A stretch of DNA of 64,000 nt from Candidatus Dojkabacteria bacterium (GTDB taxonomy: Bacteria; Patescibacteriota; Dojkabacteria; SC72). This document shows positions 38,061 to 47,552 of this stretch, piece after piece. Made by a program: the position numbers and the translations under genes. Within the stretch, counting starts at the first letter, position 1; each line of letters begins with the position of its first letter. Where the stretch lies: the NCBI GenBank assembly GCA_012842045.1, contig DUTP01000003.1, positions 66,532 to 130,531 of the forward strand. Direction: 5' to 3'. A model generated the notes under the pieces. It searched no databases. It saw only the letters and a program-made list of their open reading frames with translations, and was not told the origin of the DNA.

Positions 38061-38786
38061 TTAAAGTCTTTCTAAATTATCTAGATAGTACTGTAATTGT
38101 AACATAAATCTGGTAACACCATTTGCCCATGCATGTTCTGGATTTGCACCACAAGGAGGACAGTAAATAGGTTCTATTTCAAAGGGTGTCATAGTGGTAC
38201 CGTATCCAACTGAAAATCTCCATGTGATATGACGAATTGCCTCATCCCAGCTTTCAAACATACTCCAACCAGCTTCATTTCCATTTACACCTCTCCAGCC
38301 CCATGCATTATTACTTCCCCTTGGCACAATATTCCCAAAAGCAGATTCAACGCCTGATATTGCTGCTAATAGTCTCCAATCAAGACCATGCTTATCTGCC
38401 TCTTCTACGAAAGTTCTAGCACTTCCTGCCATTGGTGAGTGGTAGTGAGTGAGGAATTTATTCATAGCCAACACCCTTGGATCTACTGTAAAGAACTTTG
38501 TTTTTGATATGATATTGCCAGTTGATTGTTGGGCATAGACTGAAAGGTCATATCCTTTAGAATCAGCATAGATATCATATACAGGTGAAAGGACATTTAA
38601 TTGAGGAGTACTTCTTGATCTCATAATTGAAGATATTTGTTTTATGAAAAATTTCTCAACAAAAGGAGATAAAAAGATGTAATATCCAAGGAAAAGTAAA
38701 ACTACACAGATGGCTCTAAAAATTCTAGAGTCCAATATACCTCTAATCTTCACACCCTTCTCTTGCTCTAACTTCTCATCTGTCAT
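38061..38786 (-). CDS. Membrane-anchored glucosaminidase/lysozyme-like protein
   Basis: SPM...EADKHGLDWRLLAAISGVESAFG, NNAWGW. Confidence 0.7.
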   Translation of the reverse strand: MTDEKLEQEKGVKIRGILDSRIFRAICVVLLFLGYYIFLSPFVEKFFIKQISSIMRSRSTPQLNVLSPVYDIYADSKGYDLSVYAQQSTGNIISKTKFFTVDPRVLAMNKFLTHYHSPMAGSARTFVEEADKHGLDWRLLAAISGVESAFGNIVPRGSNNAWGWRGVNGNEAGWSMFESWDEAIRHITWRFSVGYGTTMTPFEIEPIYCPPCGANPEHAWANGVTRFMLQLQYYLDNLERL

Positions 38787-38820
38787 AATATTAGTATATC
38801 AAATTGGGGCAATACATGTT

Positions 38821-41800
38821 ATGTTCACTCATTTACACTTACATACAGAATATTCTTTGCTTGATGCCACTATTAGAATACAAGACTTAGTGGAGAAACT
38901 TCAAGCAAACAAGATGACAGCTTGTGCAATAACAGACCATGGCAGCATGTATGGTGTTGTTAAGTTTCAATCAGCAATGAAAAAAGCTGGACTTAAACCA
39001 ATCATAGGTTGTGAAATATACATTGCACCAAGAAGAATGGAAGATAAAGAGTATGGAATAGATAATAACTACTTTCATTTAGTATTACTTGCAAAAAACC
39101 TACAAGGTTACAAAAACCTTGTAAAACTTGTTTCAGTAGGACATATGGATGGTTTCTACTACAGACCAAGAGTAGATATAGATACCCTTAAGAAATATTC
39201 TGAAGGATTAATTGCAACTTCTGCTTGTTTGGCTGGACCGATAGCTCAACCACTGTTAAATGACGACTACAAAACAGCTAAAAAGAATGCAGAACTCTAT
39301 GCTGATATATATAAAGATAATTTCTTTGTTGAGATACAGAGGAATGGAATGGAAGAACAAAACAAAGTTAATGAAGGATTGATTAAAATAGCTAAAGAAC
39401 TAGAATTACCTTTAGTAGCAACATGTGATAGCCACTACTTAAACAAAGAAGATGCAGAGATTCAAGAAATCTTGTGGTGTATCTCTGATGGTTTAACAAT
39501 GGATGACCCTAAGAGGAGAAGAATGCCAACCAACGAATTCTATGTAAAAACGCCAGAGGAGATGAAAGAACTCTTTAGTGATATTCCAGATGCAATAGAG
39601 AACACACAGAAGATTACCGATATGGTTGAAGAATATGATATTACATTTGAGAGAGTGGAAACAAAATATTTAGATTTACCTGAAGGAGAGACATCTAAGA
39701 CATACTTAAGAAAGCTAGCATATGAAGGGGTAAAAGAAAAATACGAGGAAGTTACAGAGGATTTAACTAAAAGAGTGGATTATGAACTAGAACTAATAGA
39801 TACCAAAGGCTATGATGACTACTTTTTAGTTGTTAGAGACTTTGTACAATTTTGCAGAAAGAATGACATTGTTGTAGGTATTAGAGGGTCTGGATGTGGT
39901 TCTGTTGTTGCATATGCCATAGGTATTACCAATATCGACCCAATATCCTGGGAGCTCTACTTTGAAAGATTCCTAAATCCAGAAAGACCTAGTCCTCCAG
40001 ACTTTGATATTGATATTGCAGATAAAAGGAGAGATGAGGTAATACAGTATACAATTGATAAATATGGTATAGACTCAGTCAAGCAGATAGGAACATTTAG
40101 TAAACTACAGACAAGACAGGCAATTAGAGATGTTGCAAGAGTGATAGGTATTGACCTTAAAATAGCAGACGAGCTCTCTAAGATGGTTGAGATTGTTTTT
40201 GGCAAATCCAAAAGCATAGACTACATGATTGAGAAAAACCCTGAGTTTGCTCAACTAATTAACTCTTCAGAAGAGACAAAACACTTAGCTAATATCGTTA
40301 GAAAAGTATCAGGTCTTTGTAGAGGTGTCTCTACACATGCATGTGGCATTATCATTACACCAAAACCTGCTGTAGAGTACTGTCCAATCCAAAGAGATGC
40401 TCATGGAGAAGGTATAGGTATGACCCAATATGAGATGTTTGATATTGAGGGAATAGGACTAATGAAATATGACTTCTTAGGTTTAAGAAATCTTCATGTG
40501 ATAGGTGCTGCAATAAAAAAGATTGAACAGAACAGAGGCATCAAGATAGACCTCGATAAAATAGATTATAAAGATAAAAAAACTTTTGATTTGATAAAGT
40601 CAGGACATACGGTAGGCATATTCCAAATGGAAAGTGAAGGAATGAAAAGAACAATTAGAACTCTCAAACCAGAGAATCTTGAGGATATTTGTTACATTCT
40701 AGCTGCATACAGGCCTGGACCTATGCAGTTCATTACGGAATACCAAGCTGTTAAGGAAGGAAAACAAGAACCTGACTATATCTTTGATGAATTAGAACCA
40801 GTTCTCTCAGTTACAAGAGGTGTTATCACATACCAAGAACAAGTTATGAGAATTGCACAGATTATTGCAGGATACTCTCTTGGAGGTGCAGATGTCCTAA
40901 GAAGAGCGATGGGTAAAAAGATAGTCGAGGAAATGGAAAAAGAGAAGCCTGTATTTATAGAAGGAGCAGTAGCCAATGGTTTTGATAAAGAAAAATCTGA
41001 AAAGCTCTGGGATAAACTGTTACTTTTTGCAAACTACGGTTTTAACAAAGCACATAGTGCATCATATGCTACAACTGCTTACTGGACAGCCTATCTTAAA
41101 GCAAACTATCCATTAGAATATATGGCAGCACTACTCGAAGGAGATCTTGAGAAGTTTGATAGAATAATTATCGACCTAAAAGAATGTAAAAGATTAGGGA
41201 TTGAGGTCTTTCCACCACATATAAATAAGAGTGGTTACTACTTTACAACAGATGGAGATAATAGTATCTGGTTTGGTCTTGGAGGAATTAAAAATGTTGG
41301 AGGAGACTTAGTTAAATCGATAGTCAAGGAGAGAGAAAAGAATGGAGAATACCAAAATCTAGATGATTTTGTACAAAGGAACTACGATACCGTTGGAAGG
41401 AAAGCAATGGAGTATCTAATAATGGCTGGATGTATGGATAGTTTTGGAGATAGATTAGACCTCTTAAAAACATTTCCAATTATCTATTCAAAAGAAAAAG
41501 ATGGACAAAAAGCTAGAAGTGTTGGTCAATTCGATTTCTTCTCCTTAGGGCAAGATGAGGAAGAAAAACAGAAAGTAACAGCAACACCATTAGAGAAAGA
41601 TACAGAATCAGATAGAAATCTAATACTTCAATGGGAGAAAGAACTTTTGGGTATCTACTTCTCAAGTCACCCATTAGATACTCTACAAGAACTATTTATC
41701 AAAAAGAATGTTGTTAATATGGAAGATGTTCTTGAGAACAAGAAAGATAATGATTTGCTAGTTCTAGGTGTCATGATAACTAAAGTAAGAAGGATAACTA

Positions 41801-42219
41801 CGAAGAAAGGAGACATGATGGCATTTCTAACAATTGAAGATAAGACAGGAAGAACAGATGCTATTGTTTTCCCAAGAGCATATGAGGAATTAAAAGATAT
41901 TATGCAAGAGAATGTACCAGCATTAATTGTCGGTAAACTGAATGTTAGAAATGGAGAAAAGAGTGTAATTATAGATAAAATGAAGATTATAGATCCTTCA
42001 AAACATAATAATGTTTTTGAAGGTGTTACGTTCAAGATCACAAAAGAACATAGTAAAGAAGAGATATCACAACTAAAAGAGTTCATTACTAGTTCCAATG
42101 GAGATACTGCTGTTAGAATAGTTGTTAATACTGATGGTAAGAATAAGGTTGTAAGATTAAAGAAAACTATTGAAATTAATGAACAAACTAAGGATTGGAT
42201 GAATGTTTTTGCATTTTAG
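38821..42219 (+). CDS. dnaE: DNA polymerase III alpha subunit
   Basis: FTHLHLHTEYSLLD PHP start, RGSGCGS, FERFLNPER, PDFDID, YGFNKAHS; no intein seen. Confidence 0.98.
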   Translation: MFTHLHLHTEYSLLDATIRIQDLVEKLQANKMTACAITDHGSMYGVVKFQSAMKKAGLKPIIGCEIYIAPRRMEDKEYGIDNNYFHLVLLAKNLQGYKNLVKLVSVGHMDGFYYRPRVDIDTLKKYSEGLIATSACLAGPIAQPLLNDDYKTAKKNAELYADIYKDNFFVEIQRNGMEEQNKVNEGLIKIAKELELPLVATCDSHYLNKEDAEIQEILWCISDGLTMDDPKRRRMPTNEFYVKTPEEMKELFSDIPDAIENTQKITDMVEEYDITFERVETKYLDLPEGETSKTYLRKLAYEGVKEKYEEVTEDLTKRVDYELELIDTKGYDDYFLVVRDFVQFCRKNDIVVGIRGSGCGSVVAYAIGITNIDPISWELYFERFLNPERPSPPDFDIDIADKRRDEVIQYTIDKYGIDSVKQIGTFSKLQTRQAIRDVARVIGIDLKIADELSKMVEIVFGKSKSIDYMIEKNPEFAQLINSSEETKHLANIVRKVSGLCRGVSTHACGIIITPKPAVEYCPIQRDAHGEGIGMTQYEMFDIEGIGLMKYDFLGLRNLHVIGAAIKKIEQNRGIKIDLDKIDYKDKKTFDLIKSGHTVGIFQMESEGMKRTIRTLKPENLEDICYILAAYRPGPMQFITEYQAVKEGKQEPDYIFDELEPVLSVTRGVITYQEQVMRIAQIIAGYSLGGADVLRRAMGKKIVEEMEKEKPVFIEGAVANGFDKEKSEKLWDKLLLFANYGFNKAHSASYATTAYWTAYLKANYPLEYMAALLEGDLEKFDRIIIDLKECKRLGIEVFPPHINKSGYYFTTDGDNSIWFGLGGIKNVGGDLVKSIVKEREKNGEYQNLDDFVQRNYDTVGRKAMEYLIMAGCMDSFGDRLDLLKTFPIIYSKEKDGQKARSVGQFDFFSLGQDEEEKQKVTATPLEKDTESDRNLILQWEKELLGIYFSSHPLDTLQELFIKKNVVNMEDVLENKKDNDLLVLGVMITKVRRITTKKGDMMAFLTIEDKTGRTDAIVFPRAYEELKDIMQENVPALIVGKLNVRNGEKSVIIDKMKIIDPSKHNNVFEGVTFKITKEHSKEEISQLKEFITSSNGDTAVRIVVNTDGKNKVVRLKKTIEINEQTKDWMNVFAF

Positions 42220-42220
42220 A

Positions 42221-42292
42221 AAAAAATAAGAGTGTTATCCAAACCAATCAAGTAGAGAAGTGGCTGCCTTGAGAGGCAATAGGATAACACTC
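42221..42292 (-). terminator. Large-loop terminator, possibly bidirectional with dnaE
   Basis: GAGTGTTATCC 42230-42240 / GGATAACACTC 42282-42292; U-tracts on both strands. Confidence 0.7.
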
Positions 42293-42463
42293 CATTTTTG
42301 TTCAAAGTACAAATATATCGTGTTTTTGGGGTTTTTTGGTGTTCAGTGGTTGTGCGCAATTAGTATCACATAGAAGTGGAAGATAATCACCACCAGAATT
42401 ACCTCCCACGAAAGTCAAAGAAAGGGAAAGAGGTGAAAACACTTTAAATTGTACAAAGAACTG
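42223..42463 (-). ncRNA. Candidate structured transcript with SD-sequestered mini-ORF (orphan cassette 3)
   Basis: Bounded by a consensus promoter and a terminator; 5' GTTCTTTGTACAA pairs with 3' TTGTACTTTGAAC; internal stems favour the minus strand through G-U pairs. Confidence 0.55.
42343..42393 (-). CDS. Candidate 16-aa hydrophobic peptide MVIIFHFYVILIAHNH
   Basis: GGGAGG SD 8 nt before a GTG; TGA stop at 42345-42343. Confidence 0.35.
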   Translation of the reverse strand: MVIIFHFYVILIAHNH

Positions 42464-42469
42464 GTTGGG

Positions 42470-42498
42470 ATTATAAAGGAAAAAGATACTACTGTCAA
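42470..42498 (-). promoter_or_regulatory. Perfect consensus sigma-70 promoter
   Basis: TTGACA (42498-42493), 17-nt spacer, TATAAT (42475-42470), divergent from uvrC. Confidence 0.85.
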
Positions 42499-42521
42499 GC
42501 AGTTATATAGTATAATTAATC

Positions 42522-43991
42522 ATGAATCTTAATGAATTAGAATTACTCCCTAGAAAAACAGGAATATATAAATTCTATAACAAAAAAGGAGAAATCCTCT
42601 ATATAGGCAAAGCCCTAAATCTCCAAGCTAGAGTTAAATCATACTTCAACAATACTTTGTATGATAGACCATATGTAAAAAAGATGATTCCTTTCATTAA
42701 TAGAGTAGAAGTAGAAGAAACAAACAATGAAGTTGAATCACTTGTTTTGGAAGCAGCACTCATAAAAGAATATCAACCGAAATATAACAGTGAACTTAAA
42801 GATGACAAATCATATGCTTGGATATATATATCTACAAAAGAAAAGTTTCCAACAGTAAAGGTAGTTAGAAATGTAAATGAAAAAGAACTTAAAAAAGGAA
42901 AACTCTTTGGTCCATATCCAAACACACACTCAGCAAGAAGAGTTTTTACATATTTAAGAAAGATATATCCATTCTGTACATGTTCACCAAGTAAAGCAAA
43001 GAGAGAAGGAGTATGCATGTACTATCACTTAGGACTATGTCCAGGACCTTATCAAAATCACATATCAGAAGCTGAATATAAAGAAAATATAAAGGAAATA
43101 ATTAAGTTTTTAGAAGGTAAAAAGAAAGGACATATCTCAAATCTAGAAAAAGAAATGAAAAAATATGCAAAAGCTAAAGAATATGAGAAGGCAGGAGAGT
43201 TAAGAGATAAAATAAATGATTTAAAATACCTAAGTCAAAAAATAGATTTTGAATATGAAGAAACTCCAGATAGCTATATCCAAAAAAGAAAAGAGTTACT
43301 ACAATCAAACTTCAAAGAATTGAAAATAGAGTTAGGTTTAAAATCTCTAAATAGAATTGAATGTTATGATGTTTCCAATATACAAGGCAAGGAGGCATAT
43401 ACGTCATTAGTTGTTGCAGAAGAGGGTGAAATAAAAAGGTCTGAATATAGGATTTTTAAAATAAAAACATTAAACAAATCAAATGATATGCATATGTTAA
43501 AGGAGGCTCTAGAAAGAAGATTTCATCCTAAGAACCTAATTAAGTATCCATCAATACCTGAGGTTGTATTAATTGATGGAGGCAAACCACAACTTAGTGT
43601 TGTTCAAAAGGTTATACCTAAAGAAATTTGTTTGTTAGGAATAACAGAAGGGAAGAAGAAAGGTAGCAGAATTTTAGATGAATTTTGGTATGTAGATAGG
43701 GAAAGTGGAAAGATTTCTAGAATAGATATAGAGAACAAGAGTTTACTAATAGACCTTCGGGATGAAGCCCACAGATTCGCAATTCTACATCATAGAAAAG
43801 CTAGGAGAAAGAAGAGTCAAAGTTCTCAACTAGATAATATTTTAGGAGTAGGGCAGAAGAGTAGGAAGAAGCTTTTAAAGGCTTTTGAGAGTATAGAGAA
43901 TATTAAAAAAGCTTCTTTTGAGGAGTTAAATGAGGTTTTGAATAACAAGAGAATATCAGAAAGTGTTTTCAAATATTTTAGAAAACAGTAA
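42522..43991 (+). CDS. uvrC: Excinuclease ABC subunit C
   Basis: GIY-YIG (GIYKF...YIGKA), RIECYDVSN, IDGGKPQL, RDEAHRFA, HhH. Confidence 0.96.
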   Translation: MNLNELELLPRKTGIYKFYNKKGEILYIGKALNLQARVKSYFNNTLYDRPYVKKMIPFINRVEVEETNNEVESLVLEAALIKEYQPKYNSELKDDKSYAWIYISTKEKFPTVKVVRNVNEKELKKGKLFGPYPNTHSARRVFTYLRKIYPFCTCSPSKAKREGVCMYYHLGLCPGPYQNHISEAEYKENIKEIIKFLEGKKKGHISNLEKEMKKYAKAKEYEKAGELRDKINDLKYLSQKIDFEYEETPDSYIQKRKELLQSNFKELKIELGLKSLNRIECYDVSNIQGKEAYTSLVVAEEGEIKRSEYRIFKIKTLNKSNDMHMLKEALERRFHPKNLIKYPSIPEVVLIDGGKPQLSVVQKVIPKEICLLGITEGKKKGSRILDEFWYVDRESGKISRIDIENKSLLIDLRDEAHRFAILHHRKARRKKSQSSQLDNILGVGQKSRKKLLKAFESIENIKKASFEELNEVLNNKRISESVFKYFRKQ

Positions 43992-45044
43992 CTATTTTAA
44001 TTTTCTACTTTCCTGTGGCTTTATCGTAGTGAAAATAGTTTCAAAATACTCATCCCCTTCTCTGTTACTATCAAGAATGTAAACAACACCATTGTTGGGA
44101 TTCAACATAACTGCAACCTCATGTTTAGCATCTGAACAACTCATAATGCCTTTTAGTGCATTAGCATGTTCTGTATATGCTAATTTTGTTGTTGTAATTC
44201 CACAACTGTTTTCTGAATTCTGAGTATTAAGCAATTTAATATACTTATCTAAAAAGAAATCTAACCCCTCCCTGTTATACTTAGCTACTGGTGTAAAGGA
44301 TATTACATCATTAGTACCTATTCGCTTTATTTCAAAACGCCTCATATCTTCAAACTCTGCAACTGTATATGAAAGAACATATTCCTTTGGTACCTTAAGA
44401 ATCCAAGGAAAATCTGGAAGAAGGTCTTCTGCTTCATTATCTACTAACAGTAAATCTCTATCTATCTCTCTTTTAACCCTTTCACTTAAACCGGTTTTTG
44501 CCTCCTCTACAGAGATACTTTCATACCATACATCATTAAATTTTGTAAATATTCTTATAGCACTTCCTTCCTTTACCCAATATTCTCCACTTCTCATTCC
44601 TTCTGTACCAACAGGAACAGAGAGTACTGATTCCCAGCCTAGTTTAGGTAATTCTTCTTTGTAGAATTCATAAACCTCTGCTATATTGGTTTGAGCGGGC
44701 AATCGGTACGCTGAATTTCCACTACTAAGAAAGTTTGAAACACTCTCTTCATCTATCTCATTCTTAAAAACAAAGTCTGCTCCAGGATAAGCTGGAATAT
44801 CTTTCATTCCTATTACATCTCCACTACTTTGAACCTTTTTACCTTGACGCATTCTATTTACAAAAAAGACCAGTGAGAAGAGTAGCGCGCCTACAAGTAG
44901 AATAGAGAAGAATATAAGTATACCCGCTTTTAGTTTACTACTATCTATTCTCTTCTTTCTTTTAATACCTTTTGAGGATTTAGTAAAGAATAATCCTTTT
45001 CTTCTTCTTTGAATTTTGGGATTTTGAGGTTTTCTTTGAGGCAT
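43992..45044 (-). CDS. Membrane-anchored hypothetical protein
   Basis: Basic N-terminus, single TM, IPAYPGA...YEFYKEELPKLGW domain; start uncertain (45044 or 45104). Confidence 0.65.
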   Translation of the reverse strand: MPQRKPQNPKIQRRRKGLFFTKSSKGIKRKKRIDSSKLKAGILIFFSILLVGALLFSLVFFVNRMRQGKKVQSSGDVIGMKDIPAYPGADFVFKNEIDEESVSNFLSSGNSAYRLPAQTNIAEVYEFYKEELPKLGWESVLSVPVGTEGMRSGEYWVKEGSAIRIFTKFNDVWYESISVEEAKTGLSERVKREIDRDLLLVDNEAEDLLPDFPWILKVPKEYVLSYTVAEFEDMRRFEIKRIGTNDVISFTPVAKYNREGLDFFLDKYIKLLNTQNSENSCGITTTKLAYTEHANALKGIMSCSDAKHEVAVMLNPNNGVVYILDSNREGDEYFETIFTTIKPQESRKLK

Positions 45045-45166
45045 GTAAACACCTTTTGTTCTAAACTCTCTATTATCCTTGCTTTTCTTTCTTCTAATAC
45101 ACATATTGGTTGAAATAGTATAACATTTCTTTTAAACAGGTATATATTGTATAATCTACTCGAAAT

Positions 45167-45240
45167 TGCGGGATCATCTAATGGTAGGATGCCGGTCTTT
45201 GAAGCCGAGAATCATGGTTCGAATCCATGTCCCGCAACCA
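45167..45240 (+). tRNA. tRNA-Gln(TTG)
   Basis: TGCGGGA...TCCCGCA-A-CCA; anticodon loop CTTTGAA. Confidence 0.95.
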
Positions 45241-45243
45241 TGT

Positions 45244-45510
45244 TTATGCTCCTCTGAACTGTCGTAAAAGCAAACCTATTTTTTCAAAAGTACTACTTAA
45301 AGGAATATTATTAGGGTCAACAGGTGCAATACTATCCAGTAATAATTCTAAATCTTCTTCTGAAACAAAAAGTTCATTTATATCTAACAAGTTTTCTTTT
45401 GCATACTGAAGCTTTGGTGCAAATATACTTCCACTATTGTTCTGCCAATCAAAAGCAGTATCTAATGCTAAAACTTCTTCTCTAGTTAGTTGTAATACCC
45501 CTCTTTGCAT
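45244..45510 (-). CDS. Hypothetical protein
   Basis: 88-aa ORF filling the gap between uvrB and tRNA-Gln. Confidence 0.6.
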   Translation of the reverse strand: MQRGVLQLTREEVLALDTAFDWQNNSGSIFAPKLQYAKENLLDINELFVSEEDLELLLDSIAPVDPNNIPLSSTFEKIGLLLRQFRGA

Positions 45511-45543
45511 AATGTAGATATATTAATTTTAAATAATTAGAAA

Positions 45544-47511
45544 CTACATACTTAAATTTATATCCCTTATCCTATCCCTCAGCTCTGCAGCTTTTTCAAA
45601 CTGTAGCAGGTCAGAAGCAATCAACATTCTTTCATTTAATTCTTTAATTAACATCTTTTTCTGTTTAATATCCATTCTCTCTATATCTAAATCTACATCT
45701 GTATCTTCTTCCTTCTCTACTAATCTCCCCCTTATCTCTTTTACAATACTTTTAGGTGTAATATTATGTTTTTTGTTGTATTCTTCCTGATATTTTCTTC
45801 TTCTCTTTGTCTCATCGATAGCATATTTCATGCTTTCTGTAATCTCATCTGCGTACATAATTACTTTGCCATCAACATGTCTTGCAGCTCTTCCGATTGT
45901 TTGTACAAGACTTGTTTTAGACCTTAAGAATCCTTCCTTATCTGCATCCAATATGATTACTAAGGATACTTCAGGAAGATCTATACCTTCTCTTAATAGA
46001 TTAATACCTACTACAACATCATATTCTCCCAATCTCAAATCCCTCAAGATATCAACTCTTTCAATTGTTTCAATGTCTGAATGTATATATTGTACTTTAA
46101 TATCTATATCTTTTAGATATGTTGTTAAATCTTCTGCAAACCTCTTAGTCAGTGTTGTTATCAATACCCTCTGCTTTTTCTTAACACACTCCTTTATCTC
46201 TGCTATAACATCATCTATCTGGTTCTCTGTAGGTTTAACTACAACAAGGGGATCTAGAAGCCCTGTAGGTCTTGTTAGAAGCTCTGTAATCTGCATATTA
46301 CTATCTTGCATCTCCCAATCAGCAGGAGTTGCTGAAATGTAGAGTGTATCACCTTGTTTTTTCCTAAACTCTTCAAAATTCAACGGTCTATTATCTCTAG
46401 CTGTTGGTAGTCTAAATCCATATTCGATAAGATTATCTTTTCTAGCCTTATCACCATTGTACATACCTCCAACTTGAGGAATGGTAATATGGGATTCGTC
46501 AATGAAAAGAAGATAATCATCAGGAAAGTAATCTAAGAGAGTATAAGGTGGTTGACCTGGTTTTCTACCATCAAAATATATACTGTAGTTCTCCATACTC
46601 TTGCAGTATCCAACTTCTTGTAACATTTCAATATCATAATTTGTTTTCTGTTCCAATCTATATGCCTCCAACTCTTTCCCTATATTCCTTAAAAAAGCTG
46701 CTCTCTGTGCTAAATCTTTCTGTATTTTTAATATTGCATCATTAATAACTTCTTTAGGAAAAACTAATGATGTAGCAGGGAAAATGATAATTTCTTTTTC
46801 TTCACTTAAAACATGTTTTGATATTGGATCTACCTTTGTAATTCTTTCAACGGTATTCCCAAAGAGTTCTATTCTAACAGAGATATCTTCATACGGAGGG
46901 AAAATTTCGATAATATCACCTGTAATTCTAAAAACACCATTTGTAAATGAATATGTATCCCTCTCATACCTCATCTCAACTAATTCTAAAGCTACTTCTG
47001 ATAACTCAACTTTCTGTCCTAAGAAGAAAGAAATAGCTCTGTTCTCATAATTCTCAGGTTGTCCAATATTGTAAATACAAGATACACTAGCAACCACAAC
47101 AGTATCTTTTCTTGTTAATGCTGAATTCATAGCTGCAAACCTTAAGTTCTCTATTTCTTTGTTAGTTTGAGACTCTTTCTCAATATAAAGGTCTTTTGCT
47201 GGAATATATGCTTCTGGTTGATAGTAATCGTAGTATGAAACAAAATACCTAACAGAGTTCTCTGGAAAGAATTCCTTAAATTCTTCATAAAGTTGTGCTG
47301 CAAGAGTTTTGTTGTGTGATAGTACTAAAGTAGGTTTGTTTAGTTCATTGATAATATTAGCCATCACAAAAGTTTTTCCAGAACCTGTAACTCCTAACAG
47401 TGTTTGTTTGTTACCTTTTTTCTTTTCTTTAAACCTTTCTACTATCTGGTTCATAGCCTTCTTTTGGTCTTCTGAAACTTTGTATTTTGCTACTAGATTA
47501 AACTTTTCCAT
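45544..47511 (-). CDS. uvrB: Excinuclease ABC subunit B
   Basis: LLGVTGSGKT, YYDYYQPEAY, IDESH, GINLLREG, QTIGRAAR, C-terminal UVR domain. Confidence 0.98.
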   Translation of the reverse strand: MEKFNLVAKYKVSEDQKKAMNQIVERFKEKKKGNKQTLLGVTGSGKTFVMANIINELNKPTLVLSHNKTLAAQLYEEFKEFFPENSVRYFVSYYDYYQPEAYIPAKDLYIEKESQTNKEIENLRFAAMNSALTRKDTVVVASVSCIYNIGQPENYENRAISFFLGQKVELSEVALELVEMRYERDTYSFTNGVFRITGDIIEIFPPYEDISVRIELFGNTVERITKVDPISKHVLSEEKEIIIFPATSLVFPKEVINDAILKIQKDLAQRAAFLRNIGKELEAYRLEQKTNYDIEMLQEVGYCKSMENYSIYFDGRKPGQPPYTLLDYFPDDYLLFIDESHITIPQVGGMYNGDKARKDNLIEYGFRLPTARDNRPLNFEEFRKKQGDTLYISATPADWEMQDSNMQITELLTRPTGLLDPLVVVKPTENQIDDVIAEIKECVKKKQRVLITTLTKRFAEDLTTYLKDIDIKVQYIHSDIETIERVDILRDLRLGEYDVVVGINLLREGIDLPEVSLVIILDADKEGFLRSKTSLVQTIGRAARHVDGKVIMYADEITESMKYAIDETKRRRKYQEEYNKKHNITPKSIVKEIRGRLVEKEEDTDVDLDIERMDIKQKKMLIKELNERMLIASDLLQFEKAAELRDRIRDINLSM

Positions 47512-47552
47512 ACTATATTTTAGCAGATATCCTAATATGTTAGAATGTAGAT

